A stretch of 64,000 nucleotides of DNA, taken from the NCBI RefSeq assembly GCF_009914755.1, contig NC_060934.1; one strand, written 5' to 3'. Under the pieces are notes generated by a model. It saw only the letters and a list, made by a program, of their open reading frames with translations, was not told the DNA's origin and did no database searches. The position numbers and the translations under genes are program-made. Origin of the DNA: the human T2T-CHM13v2.0 reference genome, Homo sapiens. Shown here piece after piece: positions 15,053-27,390 of this stretch (the first letter of the stretch is position 1; each line of letters starts with the position of its first letter).

Positions 15053-15195
15053 TTTTTATTTTAATTTTTATTTTTTGTAGTAACAAGGTCTTGTTCTTTT
15101 GCTCAGGCTGGTCTCAAACTCTTGATTTCAAGCAATCCTCCTGCCTTGGCTTCCCAAAGTGCTGAGATTACAGTCATGAGCCACCATGCCTGGCT
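15053..15195 (-). mobile_element. FLAM / free left Alu monomer
   Basis: Single left arm in reverse with T-rich tail. Confidence 0.85.
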
Positions 15196-16399
15196 TAATT
15201 TTATTTTTATATTGGTAAATTTTTTATTTGTCAGCAGACTTCTTTTCTAAAATTTTTTTAAGGACCATAGTTAAGCCTCACAATCTAGTGGGTTAACTAT
15301 GAATATAAGAATACAGTATGTATAGTATATTTCCAACTATTATATAAATTAAAGCAAAATGATTACATGAAAAGCATCTAAGCGATAAATTATTGATTGT
15401 AATGGATGGCACACTAATGTTAAAGAAGTATGAATTAACTTTATTAAAAAATAATAAGTGTCAGTAATTCTGAATTCTGTTTAAAACTTATTTGTTTCCA
15501 AGTTCTATTATGGTGTTTCAGGTGAAGTCTACCCGAAACCAAAATATATTTTTCTTCCACTGCTAGAATTGTCCATTTCAATAATTCCGTTTGATCTTTT
15601 AAAAGAGAGCATTGTTTGAGGTGGCTGTTCGTTGGCTCTCTGACAAATGGCCCGTGTCCATACGGAGCAATAAATGGCAAAATATCTGCCTGTTCATTTT
15701 CCTCTCAAAAGTCTCCCTGACTGATAGTGACAAAACATCATTGGAGGCCAAACAGGAATAGACATGGCTTTAATAAGCTGAGGGAGAATGCCATGATTCA
15801 CATCCAAGGTCTTTTTTCAGCTTGCCTCTTTCTCTAACAAGGTCCAGGACTCGAGCTGCTCCTCTGGAATAACAAATGCACGTAGATGGAAAGCCCGCAA
15901 CACCTCTCATCTGTGTACCTAGATTACGGCTGAACTCAGTCGTCCTGATGAATTTACACAGATGGCCAGCTGCAAGGCAGCCTATCTGGTACCTTTAAAC
16001 ATCTCTTCCAAGGAAGAAAAATCCCCCATGATGCTCACCATTTAAGAAAAAAATAGTATCTCTATAAAACTGCTGTTTAAATAAGGACCTTTCCTGTGTC
16101 TGGTCACTTTGTGGCTGAAATAAAACCTAGACAAAAATCAGTGTGCTACAATCTGGGCCTTGAGAACCTACCTAAAATGTGATGTTTGGTTAATTGATTG
16201 AGTTTAGGAATTTTAGTTTTTAGGTTTTTTTCAAGACTGAACTTTCCATTGAATCAGGAATTCTTGTCTGCTGTAGCTTTATATTCATCCAGCATTGTGT
16301 GGAAATTGTGAGCTGCTTGGATCATTGCAGTTGGGAGTCATTCTATTCCTGGGTTAGAAAACTGAGCTAAAGATGAGGTTAAAATTCTAAACCTCCAAC

Positions 16400-16530
16400 T
16401 TGGTAGTCTTCTGTGAGATTCAAATTTCTCCATCTTCAGATTTGGGGTGTTCATTTTGAACCTTTATTTGTCGTGGAGGGTTGTTGGGGTAAAATTAAAT
16501 GAAACATTTTGTATAATGTTCTTTCAACAT
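16400..16530 (+). mobile_element. MIR fragment
   Basis: Degenerate core (TTTCTCCATCT...GGGTTGTTG..AAATTAAATGA). Confidence 0.45.
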
Positions 16531-16869
16531 AGAAGAACCCCAGTATAGTGTCAGTTTCCTTTTCTTTTCCTTTGTCTCAGGAGAATGAACTCTAGGTCCC
16601 AAATAGTCAAGTTGGAATTCATCCTCTTTAATTTAGTTTAGCCCCACTTTATGCTTCCTCATCCACTTGATCTATTTAATTCTTTATATCCTATTCCCAA
16701 TATTCATTCCTGTCCACACCCACAAACACACTCCAACACACACCAACACACACATCTGGCTAAGATATTTGACTTAGAAAAGAAGTTTGTCTTGTTTTCT
16801 AGGCTAAAGCCTACCTTAGAAAGCATTTGAAGAGTCCAGCCCTGACTAGTTCCTACATTCTATGACTCA

Positions 16870-17630
16870 TGATGCAAGAGGTGGGCAAGGAAGTGCTGGG
16901 TAGAGGAGGGCATGGTCCCTGCTGAGGGCTCCACCCCAGGGCCGGTGCCCACGGACCTAGGTGAGGACAGGCTTTTCTGTTTTCGCGCTTAAGTGTTGCA
17001 TTTCCCAAGACCATCCTGGCCTGTCACGGCCCATCCTGTGCCTATAAAAACCCCGAGACCCTAGTGGGCATGCACACAAGTGGCTGAACGTCGAGAGGAA
17101 CACACCAGCGTAAGAGCACACCGACAGACACTGGCAAACCGGTGGGCCATCAACCAGTGGAATGACATGGAGTTTGACAGGGGCAGTTGAAGGAGAGCCT
17201 GCATGCTGAGCAGCCCGACTCCTGGGGAAAACCACCTTCCCACTCCATCTCCCTTCTGGCTCCCCCATCTGCTGAGAGCTACTTTTACTCAATGAAACCT
17301 TGCACTCATATTCCAAGCCCATGTGTGATCCGATTCTTCCGGTACACCAAGGCAAGAAACCTTGGGATACAGAAAGCCCTCTGTCCTTGCCATAAGACAA
17401 GCTGCCTATGGATTGCTAAACTCAAAAGGCACATGAAGACACATGCCCACTGGGGAGCTGTAAACATACACCCCTAGATGCTGCTGTGGGGTCGGAGCCC
17501 AGGCTCCCCAAGACCTGCCTGTTTGTCTGCATACTCCCGCTAGGAGTTTTGAGCAGCAGGGCACCGAAGAAGCGAGCCACACCCCCATCGCCCGCCCTAC
17601 AAGGGGGACAAGGGAACATTTCTCGTTTCA
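16870..17630 (+). mobile_element. LTR1-family (HUERS-P2, ERV1) solo LTR
   Basis: GC-rich; GGAAGTGCTGGGTAGAG, CACGGACCTAGGTGAGGACAGGC, TATA box CCTATAAAAACCCCGAGACC at ~17041; ends GGGACAAGGGAACATTTCTCGTTTCA. Confidence 0.85.
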
Positions 17631-17644
17631 GAAAAAAGGTACAC

Positions 17645-18035
17645 TGTGACCAGTTGCAGCAGACTCTTAAGTTTTCACTTCTGCAGTTTTACTTCCTGGA
17701 TGTTAATTACACTTCCTCCACTCTGTTAAATTCAGGCCTGACATATGATACGCTTTGATTAATAAAATTTGAGGAGAAATGACATATTTCACTTCTGGGG
17801 AGATGTTTTAAAAGCCAGTGCCTATGCCATGCATTTTTTTCCCTTCCCCTTGCCACTAAAAATGTTTGAAAAAGTGACTGCTCTGTTAGTCTGGGTTCCA
17901 AAAAGAGGACATTGATAATACAGATGAGGGCTCCCAGCCTACTTTTGATCAACTACATCATGATCTGGAAGTAAGCATTTCTAAGTCACTGAGATTTGGG
18001 AGATTCTCTATTAATAGAGCTTAACCTACCCTCTC
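17645..18035 (+). mobile_element. MLT1 (old MaLR LTR) fragment
   Basis: TCACTTCTGGG..TTTAAAAGCCAGTG and TAAGTCACTGAGATTTGGG motifs. Confidence 0.55.
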
Positions 18036-18192
18036 ATGACTCCAGACTAGAGTAAGCACTTCATTTTGAGTAAGCTTCAGCCTTTTTTTTTTAATTGAAT
18101 ATGCTTTTCATAAACCTTCCTAATACCATAGTCATTTGATTTAACTAGAACAGTTTTATACATTTCGACTTCACATTAAGAGAGTATAGCTG

Positions 18193-18825
<633 letters not shown>

Positions 18826-20790
18826 CATATGGGTATGTTCTTGAGTCTCTAGTGCCTACTTGCATTACTTGATAATTTCTTAGATTTACATAGAGTCCTT
18901 GCCTTGGGGTTTCCATCAATTTAATCTCCCATCTGTTGCAAAACTCATTTATTCATTTTGGCACCTTAATGACTATTGTTTTCATGAACTGTGTGGGACC
19001 TGATATAACCATCTCTTCTTGTGCACTAGGCTTTATAGCCTTAGACTTAGTACCTTTCCTAAGCACAAGCACCTTGATATTGTTCTCTTGATGCCTATTC
19101 AGCCACTATTTTTGTGGAAGGATTCAGTTTCTATGTCACTCTCAGTCTATCAAATGAGTGAATTCTATCAAAACTATCCTTTGACCACTAATGGAATGCT
19201 CATTTTGTGAGTTTCTCACTTTGTGACATTATCATTTTAATTATGACATAATATTTGTGACAATTTAATAAAACATGCCATCAAAGATAGTTTAACTAAT
19301 TGTGTGGGCCAAATTAATTTACCTATGAGATGGGAAAATGATTCAGAAAAGGAAATATAAATTGTCTACCACTCCTGTGCACGCTTGTATGCACACACAT
19401 ATACATGCACACATGCACAAACATTCATTAGGGCTAAGTTAATTTATTTCCTTGTGTGTATTTTTTCATAGATGCTACAGTTGGTAAGAAGTGAACTATT
19501 ATGTTTTGGGGGAAAATATCATTGCTTCCCAGATAATTTTTAGAATTTTACAGTCTACTCAAAGAATTAAATGTCTATACAATGGATGAATGCCACTAGA
19601 CTACATTACTCTCCAGGCTGACATGCAGAATTTTTAAAAAGTATTACATTATTGGGATACCATACTGATGTTCCAATATAGTAACCATGTGCTTCCTACC
19701 CTGATATAAACTATCTAAGAAGGCATGAACCTTCTGTTTGTAAGGACGGATCTCTGAGAAGCCTGAATTAATGTTTGATCAGACTCCTGACTCTTCAGCT
19801 TGTCATACCTCTCAGTCATACCTCTCAGTCTAATTCTGTCTATTCTCACGTTCATATGCCTTGTCATTGATTTGCCTACAGCATCTAGTCTCCAGTTCTC
19901 TTATCAGTAAAAATTATCCACCCTCAGATCTCCCCTAGAGAGGGAGTAGCCTTCCAGACTCATTCAACCACATCAACTCTAGGGGCAGCTCTTCAGGTTT
20001 TAGCACACCATTCATAGAAGTAACACTACCCTCTAGCACTTTCTCCTTTCATGAAGTGGGAGAAAAACACTTGTGTGATTAAATAAACCTGAAGTCCAGA
20101 AACATGTTAAGTAATTTTCTTTATAACCGCATAATCAGTAGGCCCAGAGTTCAATGTAGGTCTATATCTTCTTATAGGCAGTCATTGAGGAAAAACAGGA
20201 AAAGTCATAATGCCTTGAGTACTGATAAAGGAATTGTATTTATTTTATCAGGGATGAAAAAAGTATGAGGCAGAAAAATGGATGCTGATAGTCTCCCAGT
20301 TTATGTAATAAACTGCCTGAAGATGAATGGGAGAGAGAGAAAATGGTAACAGAGCTTAGGAGATAAAGAATGATATGCAAAGTGTTCGGGGTAATGAATA
20401 AATGTTAAAGAGTATTAATGAATGAGCTTTACAAGATCCACTGGTAGCCTAGTTGGAACAGGATAAACCTTCTAGATTCAAGGTCAACATTTTTGCACTT
20501 CCCATCCTCATCCACTTCTTCACTGCCTGAATCATTATTTCTTAATTGCTTTTACCTGTTGTAAAAATGTTACTATGGGATAATGACTGAGAGCAACATA
20601 CCAAGAGAAACTGAGGATATAGAGTTTTCTGGCAAAGACATTTTGATTTTGTGCATTCAGCATGCATTCCATATCTCTCAAAATCACCATAGGGATTTAT
20701 TGTTCCTTGTAGAACCACCTTGAGGAAGGAAGGGTTTGACAAGCCTGAAAAACATCCTCTCTGCTGTATTCTTAAAGATGTTAGACCCTC

Positions 20791-21603
20791 TGAGAGGCGA
20801 GGCTGGCTGGGCTTCTGGGTCAGGTGGGGACTTGGAGAACTTTTCTGTCTAGCTAAAGGATTCTAAACACACCAATCAGCACTCTGTGTCTAGCTAAAGG
20901 TTTGTAAACGCACCAATCAGCACTCTGTAAAAACACACCAATCAGTGCTCTGTGTCTAGCTAAAGGTTTGTAAATGCACCAATCAGCACTCTGTAAAAAC
21001 ACACCAATCAGCACTCTGTGACTAGCTAAAGGTTTGTAAACACATCAATCAGCACTCTGTAAAAACGGACCAAACAGCACTATGTAAAATGGACCAATCA
21101 GCACTCTGTAAAATGGACCAATCAGCAGGATGTGGGCAGGGCCAAATAAGGGAATAAAAGATGGCCACCTGAGCCAGCAGCATCAACCCACTCGGGTCCC
21201 CTTCCATGCTGTGGAAGTTTTGTTCTTTTGCTCTTTGCAATAAATCTTGCTGCTGCTCACTCTTTGGGTCCACACTACCTTTATGAGCTGTAACACTCAC
21301 CGTGAGGGTCTGCGGCTTCACTCCTGAAGTTAGTGAGACCACGAACCCACCAGGAGAAACAAACAACTCTGGATGCACCACCTTTAAGAGCTGTAACACT
21401 CACTGCAAAGGTCTGTGGTTTCACTCCTGAAGTCAAGCTAGACCATGAACCCACCAGAGGAAAGAAACTCTGGACACATCTGAAGGAACAAACTCTGGTC
21501 TCACCATTTTTAAGAACTGTAACACTCACTGCGAGGGTGTGCAGCTTCATTCTTGAAGTCAGCAAGACCAAGAACCCACCAGAAGAAACCAATTCCGGAC
21601 ACA
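20791..21603 (+). mobile_element. LTR12 (ERV9) 5' LTR
   Basis: TGAGAGG...CTGGGCTTCTGGGTC start, tandem CTAGCTAAAGG/ACCAATCAGCACTCTG repeats, repeated TAACACTCAC blocks, end AATTCCGGACACA. Confidence 0.93.
20870..21160 (+). promoter_or_regulatory. LTR12 U3 enhancer/promoter: CCAAT-box (NF-Y type) array and AATAAA element
   Basis: Seven CCAATCAG copies plus two variants between 20872 and 21125; GGGAATAAAAG at ~21150. Confidence 0.75.
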
Positions 21604-21606
21604 TTT

Positions 21607-21624
21607 TTGCAACCACGAAGGGAT
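21607..21624 (+). other. Primer-binding site for tRNA-Arg (degenerate)
   Basis: TTGCAACCACGAAGGGAT immediately after the LTR; 15/18 match to TGGCGACCACGAAGGGAC; splice donor GTGAGT at 21637-21642. Confidence 0.75.
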
Positions 21625-23105
21625 AATCACCAAGTGGTGAGTACTATCAGACCCCTTTCTTTCACTTGCTATTCTGCCCTATTTTTCCTTAGAATTCAGG
21701 GGCTAAATACTGGGCCAGTTAAAAGCACCTAGCACAGTTGCCAGACTAAAGACACAGGTGTCAGGCTTTCTGGGAAAGGGCTCTCTAACAACCCCCCAAA
21801 TCTTTGGAGTTGGGAGCATTGGTTTGCCTGGAACCAGCTTCCACTTTTCCTATACTTCTAGGCTGAGCCGAGGGTTGACAGGAAAGCCATTCAGCTCCGG
21901 GATCCTGACAATAAGTTGGTTGACCCTGCGGCCATGAGCAGAACCCTCAAAGTCATGTCACCCAAGTGAGACTCGCCCATCTATCCTATCTATCCTGACC
22001 CTTGCCTCCTGGGTCCTAATGCCTGTCTGATAAACTTCCTCTCACTTCTCTTCTCTGAGGCTAGTCTCACTTCTAAAAACCACTCCCTGTCTCTGGTGTT
22101 TTCTAGTTTCTCCTATAAGAATGATTTCTAGTATAAACTTCAGGACTCTGTTACTTTCTTTAGACACCTGGGCTCACCAATCAGAAAGACATAATTTTTG
22201 CCCAAAGCCCCATCATAGGGGGGACTATCTGGAATTTTAGGATCCCTCCTCAGACAAGCAGGCCTACCAAAAACTATTCCTGATGCTAGGATATGGGGAG
22301 CCTCAGAAATTGTATCCTTTCTATTCATATAAGTGAGGAAAAAGGCATCACCCTTCCAACTCTGGAGATCCCTTCCCTCCCTCAGGGCATGGCCCTCCAC
22401 TTCATTTTTGGGGCATAACATCTTTATAGGACACGGGTAAAGTCCCAATACTAACAGGAGAATGCTTAGGACTCTAGCAGGTTTTTGAGAATGCATCAGT
22501 AAAGGCCACTAAATCTGATTTTTCTCGGTCCTCTTTGTGGTCTAGGAGGACAGGCCAGGGTGCAGGTTTTCAATAATGCATCAGGAAGGGCCACTAAATC
22601 CTACACTCCTCTGTCCTCCTTGTGGTCTAGGAGGAAAACTAGTGTTTCTGCTGCTGCATTGGTGAGCACAACTATTCCAATCAGCAGGGTCCAGGGACCG
22701 TTGCGGGTTCTTGGGCAAGAGGTGTTTCTGCTGCTGCATTAGTGAGTGCAACTATTCTGCTCAGCAGGGTCCAGGGACTGTTTTGGGTTCTTGGGAAGGG
22801 GGAGAAACAAACAAACAAACAAAAACTGTGGGTGGTTTTGTCTTTCAGATGGGAAACACTCAGGCCTCGACAGGCTCATCCTTGAAATGCATCCTAAGCC
22901 ATTGGAACAAATTTGACCCACAAGCCCTGAAAAAGAGGGCTTACAAGGTTTTCAACAAAAGTAAAGTTGCTAAAAGTTAACGGTGTAAACGTATATTATC
23001 CTAACTTCTAATCTTGTGGAAATCAGACCCTATCAGTACCCCTCAAAGCTCAAGTCCCTCAGCGCAGAGCCATACAACTAATACCCCCTACTTATAGGGT
23101 TAAGA

Positions 23106-23441
23106 ATGGCTACTGCTACAGGAACTGGAATAGCCAGTTTATCTACTTCATTATCCTACTACCACACACTCTCAAAGGATTTCTTAGGTGGTTTGCAAGA
23201 AATAATGAAATCCATCCTTACTCTACAATCCCAAATAGACTATTTAGCAGCAGTGACTCTCCAAAACCACCGAGGCATAGATCTCCTCAGTGCTGTGAAA
23301 GGAGGACTCTGCATCTTCTTAGGGGAAGAGTGTTGTTTTTATGCTAACCAGTCAGGGATAATACGAGATGCCACCCGGCATTCACAGGAAAAGTCTTCTG
23401 AAATCAGACAACACCTTTCAAACTCTTATACCAAACTCTAG
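23106..23441 (+). pseudogene. ERV9 env transmembrane-subunit ectodomain fragment (111-aa ORF)
   Basis: Fusion-peptide tail ATATGTGIA, immunosuppressive domain LQNHRGIDLLSAVKGGL, CX6CC motif CIFLGEECC, NQS glycosylation site; stop before the membrane anchor. Confidence 0.88.
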
Positions 23442-23514
23442 ACTTGGGCAACATGGCTTCTCCCCTTTCTAGGTCCAGAAGGTTATAGAACACCAGGAGT
23501 ATAGTTCATAAAAA

Positions 23515-23741
23515 ATGTATACACACACACACACACACACACACCCATATTATTATATATGTATATACATACATTATATTGTATATATATGTATATACAC
23601 ACATTATATTATATATATGTATATACACACATTATATTGTATATATATAAATCAATGCATACATACATTATATACATGTGTATATGTGTGTATGTATGTG
23701 TGTGTATATATATATATAGAGAGAGAGAGAGAGTGAGAGAG
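23515..23741. repeat. Compound (CA)n/(TA)n/(TG)n/(GA)n microsatellite
   Basis: Directly visible. Confidence 0.92.
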
Positions 23742-24622
23742 ATTTGTAATCATTTCTCTTCTCTCTCATATGCTACCACCGTGCTGATAAGCCCACAGGA
23801 AAAACAATGGAGAATTATGTGTGAAAGAGTGGAAGAGCTGAAAGACACAGACTGTCCTTGAGGAGAAGTACAAAAGCACGCCCCCAAAGCCAAGAGGAGA
23901 TGAAATAAACAAACCCATCATTGGGAATTTAAAAATCCTGTGCTAAAAGTTACCAAAACAAAACATAAACAAAAAAAAATTAAACACATGCCAAATTTCT
24001 AGTCAAATTAACATAAATCCTTACACTAAAGGTCTTATACGTCAATTCCTATTACCCCATAAGACATGTCCAACTTTCAATAAAAACATTATGAAACACA
24101 ACAAAAGTTAAGAAAAAACACAGTCTAAAGAGTAAAAGCAGTAATCAAAGCTGTACACAGTTATCATACAGATGGAGGAATTATCAGAAGAGGATTTAAA
24201 GGAGCCATGATTAATGTGAAAAAGTAGATCACATGCAAGACCAGATGAATAATGTCAGCAGAGAGATGGGAACTATAAGAAAAATTGTAAGTACATGCTA
24301 GAGATCAAGAACAGGATAATACAAATAAATAAAATATTAAAAGAAATAGGAAAGGGGGTATCTTCAGCTACAATGGAGCAAGGAATTATGCAAAGAATTT
24401 AAAAGAAAATATAATTATAATGAATTACAATAGAGTCAAGCAAAAAGAGAGTGGAGTGAAATGTTTGAACCATTGAAAGAAAATAAACAAACTCTGCCAA
24501 TCTAGAATTCTATATCCAACAAAAGTATCCCTAAACTGTGAAGGAAAAATAAAAATTGTCTCAAGAAACAAAAACTGAGAAATTTATTGCCAGTAGAGCT
24601 TCCTTGCAAGAAATGTTGAAAG

Positions 24623-27390
24623 ACTACTCAAATTGTTCTGAAAAATAGAGGAAGAGGGTATACATTCAAACTCATTCTACGAGACCAGTATTACCCTGAT
24701 ATTAAAATTAAAGACATGTCAAAAAAAGAAAACTACAGGCCAATATCACTGATGAATATTGATGCAAAAATCTTCAACAAAATACTAGGAAACAGAGTTC
24801 AACAATACATTAGAAATATATCATCCATCATGACCAAGTAAGATTTATCCCTGGGATATAAGGATAGTTCAATAGATGCAAATCTATCAACATGATACAT
24901 TATATCAACAAAATGAAGGATAAAAACCATATGATCATTTCCATTGATGCTGAGAAAGCATTTGATAAAATTCAACATTGCTTAATTATAAAAGCATCTC
25001 ACAAAAAATGGGTGTAGAAGGAACATACCTCAACATAATAAAAGCCATATATTACAGACCCATAGCTAGTATCATATTGAATGGGGAAAAGCTGAAAGCC
25101 ATTCCCCTAATGTCTAAAATGCAACAAAAATGCCCTTTGTCACTAGTGTTATTCAACATAGTGTTGGAAGTCCTAGCTAGAGCAATAAGATAAGAGAAAG
25201 ATATAAAGGGCATCCAAATTGGAAAGGAAGAAGCCAAATTATTCTTGTTTGCCAATGTTATCATCCTATCTTGGAAAAACCTAAAGACTCCACAAGAAAA
25301 CTGTTGAGCTGATAAACAAATTCAGTAAAGTTACAGCATACAAAATCAACATCAAAAATTAGAAACATGTCAATATGTCAATAGTGAACAATGTGAAAAA
25401 TAAATTTAAAAAGTAATCCCACTTACAACAGCCACACATAAAATAAAATACCTAGGAGTAATTTAACAAAAGAAATAAAAAATTTCTACAATGAAAATCA
25501 GAGAACACTATGAAAATAATTTAAAAAGACACCAAAAAATGGAAAGATATTCCATGTTCATAGATTGGAAGATTCAATAATGTTAAAATGTCCATAATAC
25601 CCAAATCAATCTACAGATTCAATGAAATCCCTATCAAAATAGTAAAAACATTCTTTACAGAAATAGAAAAAAAATTCTAAAATTTATATGAAACCACAAA
25701 AGATCCAGAATAGCTAAAGCTATCCTAAGCAAAAAGAACAAAGCAAGAAGAATCACATTACCTGACTTCAAATTATACTACAGAAGTATGATAACCAAAA
25801 CAGCATGACACTAGCATAAAAACAGACACATAAACCAATGGAACAGAATAGAGAACCCAGAAAGAAACAAATCCACAGACCTATAGTAAACTCGTTTTTG
25901 ACAAAGGTGCCAAGAATATACACTGGGGAAAAGACAATCTCTTGCATAACTGGTGCTGGGAAAACTGGATAACCATATGCAGAAGAAAGAAACTGAACTC
26001 CTATCTCTGGCCATATACAAATATCAATCAAAATGGATTAAAGACTTAAATCTAAGACCTCAAACTATGAAGCTACTACAAGAAAACATTGGGGCTACTC
26101 TTCAGGACATTGGTCTGGGCAAAGACTTCTTGAACAATATCCCACAAGCACAGGCAACTAAAGCAAACACAGACAAATGGGATAGTATCAAGTTAAAAAG
26201 CGGCTCCATAGAAAAGGATACAATCAACAAAGTGAAGAGACAAACAACAGAATAGGTGAAAATATTTGCAAACTACCCATCTGACAAAGGATTAATAACA
26301 GAATATATAAAGAGCTCCAACAACACTATAGGGAAAAAAAATCTCACAATCTGTTCCAAAAATGGGCGAATATTTGAACAGAATTTTCTCAAAGACATAC
26401 AAATGGCAAACATGCATATTAAAAGATGCTCAACATCATTGATTATCAAAGAAATGCAAATTAAATCTGTAATGAGATATCATCTCACCCTAGTTAAAAT
26501 GGCTTATATCCATAACAAATGCTAGCAAGAGTGTGGACCATAACAAATGCTAGCAAGAGTGTGGAGAAAAGGGAACCCTTATACACTATTGGTGGGAATG
26601 TAAATTAGTACAACCACTATGGAGAACAGTTCAGAGATTTCCCATAAAACTAAAAATAGAGATAGTATATGATCCAGCAAGCCCACTGTTGGGTATATAT
26701 CCAAAAGAAAGGCAATAAGAGTATCAAAGAGAGAGCCTCACTCCTATGTTTGTTGCAGCATTGTTTACAATAGCTAAGATTTGGAAGCAACCTAAGATTT
26801 CATCAACAGATTAATTGATAAAGAAAATGTGGTACATATACACAATGGAGTTATTATTCAGCCATAAAAAAGAATGAGATCCAGTCATTTGCAACAACAT
26901 AGACAGAACTAGAGATCATTATGTTAAGTGAAATAAACCAGTCACAGAAAGGCAAACATCACATGTTTTCATTTATTTGTGGGATATATAAAAATCAAAA
27001 TAAACTCAGGGACATAATAATAGAAAAATGGATACCAGAGGCTGGGAAGGGTAATGGGGGTTGTTGACAGGGAGATGGGGATGGCTCATGGGTACAAAAA
27101 TAAATAAATAAATAAAATAGAAAGAATGAATAAGACCTACTACTTGATAGCAAAATAGGGTGAGTATAGTCAATAATAACTTAATCGTGTATTTTAAAAT
27201 AACTTAAACAGTACAATTGGATTGTTTGTAGTTTAAAGGATAAATGCTTAAGGGATGGATACCCCATTATGGATAATGTGCTTATTTCACATTACATGCC
27301 TTATTAAAATATCTTATGTATCCCATAAATATACCTACCCATGTATTATGTACCCACAAAATTTTTTTAAATAATTTTTTAAAATTTTAG
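24623..27390 (+). mobile_element. 5'-truncated L1MA1-3-like element (ORF2 RT to 3' UTR) nested in the older L1
   Basis: ORF2p remnants ([29 protein letters not shown]; KWIKDLNLRPQTMKLL); 3' end GGGATGGATACCCCATT...TGTACCCACAAAA; TSD AAGAAATGTT(G)AAA at ~24608 and ~27393. Confidence 0.9.

Larger units (their letters stand above)
21604..23476 (+). mobile_element. HERV9 internal remnant: leader, first ~30 codons of gag, large deletion, env TM; no 3' LTR
   Basis: gag start at 22849 (MGNTQASTGSSLKCILSHWNKFDPQALKKR), then a jump to env-region sequence; breaks off at CCCTTTCTAGGTCC. Confidence 0.88.

Noticed and set aside
16957-17758. Several overlapping ORFs up to 147 aa
   Set aside because: They lie in the GC-rich LTR1, where stop codons are scarce
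19802-19830. 13-bp tandem duplication GTCATACCTCTCA
   Set aside because: Ordinary slippage-scale event with no further structure
20845-21130. Regularly spaced direct repeats resembling a CRISPR array
   Set aside because: The spacers are themselves repeated, there are no cas genes and the context is eukaryotic; these are the known LTR12 U3 tandem repeats
22460-22795. Paired direct repeats in the ERV leader
   Set aside because: Probably intrinsic to the HERV9 leader rather than specific to this locus
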